Assembly: GCA_944376605.1 (NCBI GenBank)
Contig: CALWDE010000010.1
Location: 5,287-69,286 of the forward strand
Direction: 5' to 3'
Origin: an uncultured Bacilli bacterium
GTDB taxonomy: Bacteria > Bacillota_I > Bacilli_A > RFN20 > CAG-826
Length of the DNA stretch: 64,000 nucleotides
A program made the position numbers and the translations under genes. Shown piece after piece: positions 55,791-64,000 of the stretch (positions are counted from its first letter, which is position 1; each line of letters opens with the position of its first letter). Under the pieces are notes generated by a model that was not told where the DNA came from, made no database searches, and saw only the letters and a list, made by a program, of their open reading frames with translations.

Positions 55791-58506
55791 CTTTTTCTTC
55801 CTCCCTGCTCATCAATTTTCCCTTTTTAAAATCAGGCATTTCCCGTCGATAATCCTCTCGCGAAGAATAGCAAACATCATGATAGGGACAATAACTGCAG
55901 CCCATATAGGTAAATTTACTTTGCAGCAAAGCATCGTCTTCATTTTGCGCGTCAATATTTTCTTCCTTGTCTAGATTTGAAAAATGCTGCGCATCCCCAG
56001 AAATGGCTTCCTCCTCTTCTATTGCATCAAGATTCAGCACCAATGGAGAAATGGGAAAAAGATTATTTTGAATGTAATAAGAGGCAAGATGAATCTCTTC
56101 TTCCAAACTAGGGAAATAAAAGGAAGGTGTTTCCTTTCCTTTTTCTCCTAAAAGCATCTCCATAAAAGAGTTAGACCAGTCCCTTTCTTTGGGGTTTTTA
56201 ATACGTACACCAGCTTTGCTGCGTGAGATACCTGCAATCCAATCACTGCGGTCGGTTCTTGGAAAAACAAAAGGAGTTTCGATAATTCCAGGGTCAAACA
56301 TCCCGTTAAAAGAAAGATCTTTCAAAATACTGTTATCATCAATTTGCAAATCTCTAGTAGGAGTGAAGTGATAAACAGGATAATTATTTCCGTAACATTT
56401 CGCTAAGAAAATTCCATAAAGCTTTTCATCTTTAGAAAGAACTTCATGCTTCTTTCCTGTTCTTTTATCATATATATTCCCGTCTTTCTTACTCCAATAA
56501 GCATATAAAGGCAGTTGAGGTTTTACCCCTGCTCGATACCCTTCTAAAGAAAAAGATTCATGTCCGCTTTTATAATCTACAACAAGATATCCAGTTCCTT
56601 CTAAGCGATATATCGCATCAAAGCGTCCTGTCACAGGTAAATATTCCTCGCTTCGAGGATCTAAAAGAAATGATTTTTCTGCCAAAACGCTAAATTCCCT
56701 ACCTGCAGATAAATGCTTAAAGTATGTAGCGTAAGAAGAAGCAATTGCTTGCACATGTTCTTTTTCAATATCAAAAAGAATGTACTCTAAAGAGGAGAAG
56801 GGTTCTTCTTTTTCACGCACTTGTTTCTCTTGATAAAAGGCACTTCCCCAAGTTTTTGAAAAAGAGAAATCTTCTTGTTGCTCGCCTAGAGTAGCAAGTA
56901 CTTGATGAATGACATTGCCAAGACTGGAACTAAAAGAAGAGGAGAAGGGTTCTAAGTTCAAAACATACTCACAAAAATAAGAAAAGGGGCAGCTATAAAA
57001 CTCTTTTAGTGAACTTGCCGATAAGCAAGGAGAAAGAGTTTTGCTCTCTAGACTTGCAAAAGATAAGTCATGGTTATAACAATCAAAAAGAGGGTAAGGC
57101 AAAAGAGCTTTTGCCTTTTCATAAAAGGGGCGTTCCACTCCTGTTGTTAACTTTTCATCGAGAAGAAAAGAGAAAAACGTTTTCCCTTTATTATGTGAAT
57201 AATCTACATAAGCAAGAAGTTCACCTTGATCGTTATTTTTTTCATGAAAAGGCTCGTGCATCACAAACGGAAGCGATTCTAGACGAGAAGGAAAACAGAC
57301 TCCTCCACTACTTTTACTTGCAAAAGTAGTCGCAGCAATAAGGCCTCTTTCTTTCATTGATTCATAAGAAGAAAGCCATCTAGTATTTTCTTCTTCCGTC
57401 GTTTCAAAACCATATTCTTTCTTCTCTTCTTCGCTCCAAAAACCGCCTTTTGAAGCAATAAAAGGGTACGTTTTGGAATCAAAAGACATCATGAAGAGAT
57501 AGGAAAATGGAGGTAATGACAAAGAAGAGAGAAAATGAATGGACTCATCGTATGCGAGAGGGGTGAAAAAAGGAGTGTTTCTTCCTAGCTCTTCGAATAA
57601 GGCAACGTTTTCCTTCTCATTTTGACTGATATCGCCATAGTCGCGGACAAGACTTCTTAAACCGTTCATCTCTTCTTTGCCGTATTCGTCTTCTTTTAAA
57701 AGAGAATAGGCGTCATCAGGTGAATAACTCTGCAAAAGGCCTATAAAATCTTGGAAAAGCAAAGTAGAACTAAGCAAAAAGCGGTGATTTTTTTCTACTG
57801 GTACCCCAAATTGAGGTGCTAAATCACGGAATAACCGTTTCGCTTCTTCATCAGCCCCATAAATATAAATTTGGTCTGGAGAAACTCCATTTAAGAGAAG
57901 ATGCGTCATCTCGTTAAGCAAATAATAAACTTCCTCACTTCTGTCGCGAAAGGCATAAATGCTTTTCTGCTGCGCCATCTTTTGGGAGGGATAAAGAAAG
58001 GCTTGCACCGCTAAGTTCGAATTATGAGAACTCTGAAAAATCTGATGAATGCGCTGCAAGAGAGGTTTTGATACTAAAATGATTTTATTACGATAGTCAT
58101 AGTCCGCGTCGAGAGAAGGCATTAAATATCCTTCTTTTAAGAACTCTTCTCTTAAATGAGATAACCCATAAGAAGCAAAACAAGATGGTTCTTTTGTGTA
58201 GAAAGGTGAAATCAATACTTTTTCAATTTCTTTCACATCAGAAGAATGGAGATGCCTAACCTCTTTCCCTTCCTCTTTCGCCTTTCTTTCGTAATCTCGC
58301 GCTCTTTTTAAAATATGAGAAGCTAGACGCGGTGAAGGTAAAAGAGAGAAATCATTTTCAACATCTTCAATTGCTTTAACCTGAAAGCGATACTCAGAAT
58401 GTTTTCTTTGATAGATGAGCCAAAAACGGTGTTCTTCCTTGGGAACAACAAGGACAGCATCTTGTCCAGGCAAAACGCCCTTTAAAGAGAAAGAATATCG
58501 ATCCAT
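55783..58506 (-). CDS. addB: helicase/nuclease subunit B (AddB/RexB type), no Walker A
   Basis: It has a C-terminal nuclease motif (GRFDAIYRLEGTGYLVVDYKSG) and Fe-S staple cysteines (SCPFSYFC ... GCSYCPYHDVC). It overlaps addA. No GxxGxGK[ST] motif is visible in the N-terminus. Confidence 0.75.
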   Translation of the reverse strand: MDRYSFSLKGVLPGQDAVLVVPKEEHRFWLIYQRKHSEYRFQVKAIEDVENDFSLLPSPRLASHILKRARDYERKAKEEGKEVRHLHSSDVKEIEKVLISPFYTKEPSCFASYGLSHLREEFLKEGYLMPSLDADYDYRNKIILVSKPLLQRIHQIFQSSHNSNLAVQAFLYPSQKMAQQKSIYAFRDRSEEVYYLLNEMTHLLLNGVSPDQIYIYGADEEAKRLFRDLAPQFGVPVEKNHRFLLSSTLLFQDFIGLLQSYSPDDAYSLLKEDEYGKEEMNGLRSLVRDYGDISQNEKENVALFEELGRNTPFFTPLAYDESIHFLSSLSLPPFSYLFMMSFDSKTYPFIASKGGFWSEEEKKEYGFETTEEENTRWLSSYESMKERGLIAATTFASKSSGGVCFPSRLESLPFVMHEPFHEKNNDQGELLAYVDYSHNKGKTFFSFLLDEKLTTGVERPFYEKAKALLPYPLFDCYNHDLSFASLESKTLSPCLSASSLKEFYSCPFSYFCEYVLNLEPFSSSFSSSLGNVIHQVLATLGEQQEDFSFSKTWGSAFYQEKQVREKEEPFSSLEYILFDIEKEHVQAIASSYATYFKHLSAGREFSVLAEKSFLLDPRSEEYLPVTGRFDAIYRLEGTGYLVVDYKSGHESFSLEGYRAGVKPQLPLYAYWSKKDGNIYDKRTGKKHEVLSKDEKLYGIFLAKCYGNNYPVYHFTPTRDLQIDDNSILKDLSFNGMFDPGIIETPFVFPRTDRSDWIAGISRSKAGVRIKNPKERDWSNSFMEMLLGEKGKETPSFYFPSLEEEIHLASYYIQNNLFPISPLVLNLDAIEEEEAISGDAQHFSNLDKEENIDAQNEDDALLQSKFTYMGCSYCPYHDVCYSSREDYRREMPDFKKGKLMSREEEKDE

Positions 58507-58514
58507 TTTACTTG

Positions 58515-60002
58515 TTACTCATCGTCACTTTGAAAAAGTCTTGCCCCTGCCACGGCGCTCTTCCAGCCTTTATAACGGCTATCCACCTCTTCTTTGCTCA
58601 TAGATGGCACATATACTTTACTCACTTTTCTGGCTTTTTTAATCGCTTCTAAATCACGAAATAAGCCAGAAGCGAGGCCAGCCATATACGCCACACCTAA
58701 AGCTGTTGTTTCAATCATTGCAGGGAGCTCAACTTTAGTTTGTAAAATATCCGCTTGAAACTGCATGAGTAAACCATTAGCAGAAGCACCTCCATCTACC
58801 TTTAATACAGGTAAATCTAAACCAGCTTCTTGTTTCATGAGTTCAATGACATCTTTGCTTTCATAAGCGATGGCCTGTAAGGCTGCACGCGTAATATGGT
58901 GACGGTCACTTCCTCTAGTTAAGCCAAAAATCGCTCCGCGGACCTTATCATCCCAGTATGGGGCACCAAGCCCAACGAAAGCAGGAACAAAATAAATGCC
59001 TTTCATCTCTTCTCTTCGCTCAGCATATTCCTCGCTTTCCATCGATTCTTTAAACCAGCGCATTTCATCGCGTAGCCACTGAACAATCGCCCCACCTATA
59101 AAAACAGAACCTTCTAAAGCGTAAGTGACCTCTCCTTGAATCTTCCAGGCAATTGTTGTTAAAAGTCCTCCCTTACTTGTCACAGGAGAAGATCCTGTAT
59201 TCATAAGCATAAAGCAGCCCGTTCCATAAGTATTTTTGCTTTCCCCTTTGTTGAAACAGCATTGCCCAAATAAAGCACTTTCTTGATCACCTGCAACAGC
59301 GTATATATGTAAATCCGAATCTAAAAAAGAAGCGATACCAAAATCTGTCGCATTCTCTTTCACTTCAGGAAGCATACAAACAGGAATCTGGAATAAGTCA
59401 CATAACTGCTTATCCCAGCTGAGCGTATGAATATTAAAAAGCATCGTACGCGAAGCGTTAGTAATATCCGTTAGATGCTTCTTACCTTCGGTTAAGTTAT
59501 AAATTAGCCAACTATCCACCGTGCCAAAGAGGAGTTCTCCTCTTTTTGCTTTTTCTTCCGCTCCCGGGACATGTTCTAAAATGTAACGTATTTTACTGGC
59601 GGAAAAATAGGGGTTTAATCTCAGTCCCGTCTTTTCTTGGAGTAAATGAGTAAACTCCTGATAACGATTACAAATCTCTTCGCTTTGTCGAGATTGCCAA
59701 ACAATCGCGTTATAGATTGGTTTTCCCGTATTTTTATCCCAAACAATTGTGGTTTCTCTTTGGTTGGTAATCGCTAGAACTGCGATATCCTTAAAGGAAA
59801 CTCCACCTAAAATGCGGAGTTCGTTAATAACATCTACCACTGAAATCCATATTTTCTCAGCATCCATTTCTACATGTCCTGGATGAGGATAAAGACAAGG
59901 CAACTCTCTTTGAGCTTTAAAAAGACAAGTTCCTTCCTTGTCTAAAAGAAGAGCTCTTGTAGAAGTTGTACCTTGGTCAACAGTAAGAATATATTTGCGC
60001 AT
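58515..60002 (-). CDS. glpK: glycerol kinase
   Basis: It has the N-terminus YILTVDQGTTSTRALL and the FGGY-family pattern ITNQRETTIVWDK. Confidence 0.95.
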   Translation of the reverse strand: MRKYILTVDQGTTSTRALLLDKEGTCLFKAQRELPCLYPHPGHVEMDAEKIWISVVDVINELRILGGVSFKDIAVLAITNQRETTIVWDKNTGKPIYNAIVWQSRQSEEICNRYQEFTHLLQEKTGLRLNPYFSASKIRYILEHVPGAEEKAKRGELLFGTVDSWLIYNLTEGKKHLTDITNASRTMLFNIHTLSWDKQLCDLFQIPVCMLPEVKENATDFGIASFLDSDLHIYAVAGDQESALFGQCCFNKGESKNTYGTGCFMLMNTGSSPVTSKGGLLTTIAWKIQGEVTYALEGSVFIGGAIVQWLRDEMRWFKESMESEEYAERREEMKGIYFVPAFVGLGAPYWDDKVRGAIFGLTRGSDRHHITRAALQAIAYESKDVIELMKQEAGLDLPVLKVDGGASANGLLMQFQADILQTKVELPAMIETTALGVAYMAGLASGLFRDLEAIKKARKVSKVYVPSMSKEEVDSRYKGWKSAVAGARLFQSDDE

Positions 60003-60033
60003 GGCAAATCATATCATGCTCATTAAAGAAGCG

Positions 60034-61326
60034 TTATAAACGAGAGGATAAAAGGCGTTCAATATCGTCAATTTCTTTTACAATGCCATCCGATAAATTT
60101 CGACAGCCATCTTCTGTAATAAGTAAATCATCCTCGATGCGAATACCGATTCCAAGATTTGCAAAATATAAACCGGGTTCATCGGAAATAATCATTCCTG
60201 GCTCTAAAGGAACATCACGGTAAGATAAACCTTTTTCTAAAGGCACATAGGGATCGTGCGTATCAAGACCAATAAAATGAGAAACGCTGTGGAAATAAAC
60301 ATCAATAAGGTCTTCTTTGGAAGATAGATACCCTTTTTCTACAAGGACTTTTTCGTAGTAATGAATAACTAAATCTTGCAGTTCATGAATCGTTTTCCCG
60401 GGTCTTGCTTCCTTTATAACAAGCTTATTTGCCCCAAGAACAATCTCATAAAGTTCTTTCGCTTTTCCTTCAAACACTCCGTTTACTGGAAAAGTGCGAG
60501 AAATGTCCGCGTTGTAATAATGATATCTTGCTCCTAAATCCATTAAGAGCAAATCATGGTTTCCTAATGTTCCTTGAGGGTTGGGATAGTGCAAGATCGT
60601 TGCATTTTTCCCAGCAGCCATAATGGTGTTAAAACTTAGACCTTGATAACCGGATAAATCATTAACTGTATGTAAAAAAGTGTCGGCAAGTTCGTACTCT
60701 TTGACCCCGGGTCGCATTTTCGAGATTGTAGATAAAATTGCAGAATTTGTGATGCGAATAGCCTCTTCTAATTCCGCTACCTCACCTGGAGACTTCCGTA
60801 AGCGTAATTCGGTTAGTAAGGGGTAGCAATCAATGATTCTTAAATCAGGATATTCAATCGATAACTCATTTTTTAAATCCTCAGTAGAAGTGGCCTCACC
60901 AATTTTTAACTCAGAATCTAAATCAAGATACAATGTAGAGACATCACCAAAAGTTTCAAAATTACGATTGAGCAGAGCAGAAACTTGGCTTTTTAAAGCG
61001 CTTTGTGGAAGAACATTATCAATTCCAGAGATGACTCTGCCTTCTGCAAAACTTACTCTTTTCCCATACCACTTTACTTTCTTAGGATCATCGGGAGGTA
61101 AAAACAAAAATTCTTTTTCTGAGCCGCTTTCTTTTGTGAGTAAAAGTGCAGCGCCTTCCTGAATAATTCCCGTTAGATAATAAAAGTTACGATTTGCTTC
61201 AAAAGGATAGGTATCATCAGCAGAAGACTTTTTTGCCTCTCCGCAAAACAAAAGGCAGGCACTATCTTCCTGCAAAAGAGAAAGAAGTCGGTCTCTTCTT
61301 TCTTTGTATTCCTTGTCACTGATCAT
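60034..61326 (-). CDS. pepP: Xaa-Pro aminopeptidase (M24B)
   Basis: It has a creatinase-like N-domain and the M24 motifs DLGARYHYYNADISRT, HFIGLDTHD and IRIEDD. Confidence 0.85.
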   Translation of the reverse strand: MISDKEYKERRDRLLSLLQEDSACLLFCGEAKKSSADDTYPFEANRNFYYLTGIIQEGAALLLTKESGSEKEFLFLPPDDPKKVKWYGKRVSFAEGRVISGIDNVLPQSALKSQVSALLNRNFETFGDVSTLYLDLDSELKIGEATSTEDLKNELSIEYPDLRIIDCYPLLTELRLRKSPGEVAELEEAIRITNSAILSTISKMRPGVKEYELADTFLHTVNDLSGYQGLSFNTIMAAGKNATILHYPNPQGTLGNHDLLLMDLGARYHYYNADISRTFPVNGVFEGKAKELYEIVLGANKLVIKEARPGKTIHELQDLVIHYYEKVLVEKGYLSSKEDLIDVYFHSVSHFIGLDTHDPYVPLEKGLSYRDVPLEPGMIISDEPGLYFANLGIGIRIEDDLLITEDGCRNLSDGIVKEIDDIERLLSSRL

Positions 61327-61933
61327 ATGATTCCTCCAAAGTGATAATGCTGCTTTCTTTCATAGGCGAATAGCCTAGAGAAAGAAGCATCTGTTTGAAA
61401 CGCAATGCCATTTTAGTCTCCTTTTGGGCAAGAAAGGAAACATTACATACATCAAATGAAACTTCTTCTAATGTCAAACCAAGTTTTGTTGCGATATGTT
61501 GCACGGAATCATAAGAAGAATAGGGTATTTGATAGGAAAGAGATAAACCCTCTACAAACTGGCCAATCTTAGCCTTTTGCAAGGTTAGTTTGCCCGCTTC
61601 AAGATAGGTATGCATCAAACGTCCTGCCCCAAGTTTTGTGCCGCCAAAATAGCGCACGACTACAAGCAAAACTTGATCAAGGTTCTTTCCTCTCAGCAAA
61701 GAAAGAAGCGGCATTCCCGCCGTTTTTGATGGCTCTCCATCATCAGATGCTTTCTCTTCCCCTTCAAACCGCGCGGCATATGTAATATGTCTCGCATCGC
61801 TATATTTTTCGCGGCATTCTTTTAAATTCTTCGATATTTCATCGCGGTTTTTTAAAGGAAATAACAGTCCGATAAATCGAGATTTTAGTACAGATATCTC
61901 TGCAGAAGTCTCCTCAAATACTCCAAAACGCAT
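61316..61933 (-). CDS. yigZ: YigZ/IMPACT family protein
   Basis: It has the signature ASDDGEPSKTAGMPLL and is ~205 aa long. Confidence 0.75.
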   Translation of the reverse strand: MRFGVFEETSAEISVLKSRFIGLLFPLKNRDEISKNLKECREKYSDARHITYAARFEGEEKASDDGEPSKTAGMPLLSLLRGKNLDQVLLVVVRYFGGTKLGAGRLMHTYLEAGKLTLQKAKIGQFVEGLSLSYQIPYSSYDSVQHIATKLGLTLEEVSFDVCNVSFLAQKETKMALRFKQMLLSLGYSPMKESSIITLEESYDQ

Positions 61934-61941
61934 TTTTTAAT

Positions 61942-64000
61942 CTAAAAAGGTAAATTTAAATCTGGAAATAAATCATCAAGCATTCCTTGCACATCATCTG
62001 GGAGATTTTCAATGATGTCTCCTAGTGACTCATCCCCGCCACCTGGAATGTCAGGAATAAGAGAAGCAATCGCGTCCTCTAGATACTGCTTGAAGGCTTC
62101 ATAAGGAGTAGGATGCAACGCGGCGGGATCTTGACTATTAAGAACAGCACTTTCCTCCATATAGGTTAAAACAGGGCTTGCTGTATAACGAACAATGCCA
62201 GGAACTAAATCGCTATGAGCTTGGAAATATTCCGCAGTAAGAATATTAGAAAGCTGACCCGAATCATCAAGGAAACCGTAAACAGGATCTAGTAAGCAGT
62301 AAAGCATATCAAGCAGCGTTCTTAATTCTGTTTCGATTCCAGCAATATCTGTAGTCCATAAATAATTGAGATCCGCATTTTGGAATTCTTCAAAACCAGC
62401 ATCCACCATCGCGTTAATAAACTGAGTATAGAAGTTAGGACCAAGAATAGGACCAAAAGCTTCCGAGGATAACATGTCTTCTACTGTTAACTCAACAAAG
62501 CGCAAATCAACAAGCATAAGATCTACATTCCTTTCAAAGAAGGACATATCGTGTGCGCGCCGCATATCGTAAATGAGACTACGAAGAACCTCGCATTCCT
62601 TTACCCAGCCTTCTTTGGTAATTGCCGTGATATTCGTTCTAAGTCTTTCAAAAGTTAGTTCAGCATTAGGATCGGTAATAGGGTCAGCAAATAAACGAGA
62701 GAAGGCCTGCCCATTATCGTTGGCAATTACACTATCAATAAACTGATTCGCAATGAAAGTAGAGAAGCCATATTCCCCTTCAGGAGTGACAAAAAGAGAA
62801 GATTGGCTTAAACCATAAAGTAAATTCGTAACAGCATTCGCATCACTGCCGAAATAATCAAGCGAGCCAAGGGAGCCGAGTACCTCTGCCCCGTCCATCA
62901 CAATATCTAAACAAGCCCCTTCTGCCGCCCAGTCAGTAATGTGATCAAAGGAAGCAGAGCCTTCAAGGAAAGTGCCAGAAATTAAATTATCATTGAGGAA
63001 ACTAGGTAAAATTTCCCGCATTACTTGGCTTTCTCCAATGGCGCCAAAAAGAAGTTCAAAAGAGATTTGACCATACTCTTTCAAATCACTTCCTTGCATC
63101 AAAATAGATAAGACATGTTGACTAGCAAGTTCATTAATGACACCAACAAGAGAATCGAATTCCGCATTTAAATCAAAGTTTTCTTCTTTGATTAATTCTG
63201 TAGCATTTTTAACCGACTCTTCACCAAAAATTGGCGTCAGCATAGTCGATAATAAGCCAGCAATATTGGCGTTATAAATAGTAGTTCCATCTTCCCCTTC
63301 CATAACAGGATTTAATAAAGCAGAGGAAGCAAAAGTTTTTAATAACTGCCCCAGTTCATCTCCGTGTTCGGCAATCTGCATAATAATGCGGTCCAATTCC
63401 GCAGGAGAAGATAAATTAGTCCCTTGAATGGTCAAGGCTAAAGTAACAAGGCCTTGTGTCTCATTATATACTTCTAAAAGATTTGCTAATTCGTTTCCTA
63501 AATTAGGTGCATTGAAATCAAGTCCTGCCTCTAAACCAAGTTGAGTAGTAATACTATCTTCCCCACTCAAAGAACGCTCAAATAAAGCAGGTAGAACCAC
63601 TTCCGCAGTCCTTGAAGTATCAAGTTTGCGAAGCGCACCAGTGAAAGCGGTAAGTAATCCTTCCTCTATACCTAAGAAATTACCATTAGGATCAAAATAA
63701 ACGCCTGGAACTTCCTCATAATTTTTAAGGAAGTTCTTTCCTTCTTCGGTAGAAGTAATTTCTTCACCAACTTGCAATAAAGCACGTAATTCATTTTGAA
63801 TACGTGTCATGGAAGGAGATAGAGTAGACTCCCCTTCTTGAGGCTTTAAATACGTAATAACAGAAGTAAGGTCCACCAAAGCTTCATCGCCAGAAGCACT
63901 TTCGTTTAAGCTGTACTGAATAGATTCTAAAACGCGCGGCATTCCGCGACAGAGGAGTTCTGACCCAAGTAAAGAATCTTTTGCACTTTCTTCATCGTTA
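61942..64000 (-). CDS. large acidic protein of unknown function (5' end outside window)
   Basis: The frame stays open from the stop at 61942 to the window edge; there is no in-frame stop upstream of the track Met at 63942. More than 685 aa lie within the window. The protein is very D/E/L rich, with no recognisable motif, TM helix or signal peptide in the visible part. Confidence 0.5.
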   Translation of the reverse strand, partial: NDEESAKDSLLGSELLCRGMPRVLESIQYSLNESASGDEALVDLTSVITYLKPQEGESTLSPSMTRIQNELRALLQVGEEITSTEEGKNFLKNYEEVPGVYFDPNGNFLGIEEGLLTAFTGALRKLDTSRTAEVVLPALFERSLSGEDSITTQLGLEAGLDFNAPNLGNELANLLEVYNETQGLVTLALTIQGTNLSSPAELDRIIMQIAEHGDELGQLLKTFASSALLNPVMEGEDGTTIYNANIAGLLSTMLTPIFGEESVKNATELIKEENFDLNAEFDSLVGVINELASQHVLSILMQGSDLKEYGQISFELLFGAIGESQVMREILPSFLNDNLISGTFLEGSASFDHITDWAAEGACLDIVMDGAEVLGSLGSLDYFGSDANAVTNLLYGLSQSSLFVTPEGEYGFSTFIANQFIDSVIANDNGQAFSRLFADPITDPNAELTFERLRTNITAITKEGWVKECEVLRSLIYDMRRAHDMSFFERNVDLMLVDLRFVELTVEDMLSSEAFGPILGPNFYTQFINAMVDAGFEEFQNADLNYLWTTDIAGIETELRTLLDMLYCLLDPVYGFLDDSGQLSNILTAEYFQAHSDLVPGIVRYTASPVLTYMEESAVLNSQDPAALHPTPYEAFKQYLEDAIASLIPDIPGGGDESLGDIIENLPDDVQGMLDDLFPDLNLPF

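Overview
The window is a 64 kb, low-GC (by eye under 40%) chromosomal segment from a Firmicutes/Mollicutes-like bacterium. It uses the standard code: TGA is a genuine stop, for example in rnfD and the PP2C phosphatase gene. Genes are densely packed, mostly on the minus strand, and often translationally coupled through ATGA overlaps. I saw no mobile elements, CRISPR arrays or rRNA genes.

Gene content, left to right:
- a tRNA-Ala/tRNA-Met pair and a surface lipoprotein
- degV
- an rnfC-D-G-E-A-(mini-B)-B cluster followed directly by apbE, a NusG-II protein and a Gx transporter
- a multiply disrupted MFS-like transporter pseudogene next to a LacI regulator
- a long housekeeping array: pncB-like, ytpR, trmB, pepV, an ECF-S component, coaX, leuS, glgA/D/C
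- trkA/trkA/trkH and rpmB
- the conserved Bacillus-type block rpe, Ser/Thr kinase, PP2C, rlmN, rsmB-like, priA, gmk with divergent rqcH; def/fmt, rsgA and rpoZ are absent from it
- an ATP-grasp gene and the full F1Fo operon atpI-B-E-F-H-A-G-D-C
- a uridine-kinase-like gene, addB/addA plus an unknown gene, glpK, pepP, yigZ, and a large acidic protein truncated at the window edge

The most unusual region is the Rnf locus:
- The rnfG slot encodes a 1118 aa membrane-anchored chain of about eight FMN_bind-like modules. Two of them form a recent 399 bp tandem duplication.
- RnfB is cut down to its N-terminal Fe-S domain and has no ferredoxin domains.
- A 76 aa mini-paralogue sits beside rnfB.
- The ApbE flavin transferase is in the same gene string.

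Other observations worth a second look:
- The ATP synthase c subunit carries a two-carboxylate Na+-type motif.
- The epsilon subunit lacks its C-terminal domain.
- The RsmB homologue has lost its SAM-binding and catalytic-Cys motifs.
- The Ser/Thr kinase has no sensor domain.

All functional calls come from motif recognition by eye. No database searches were run.
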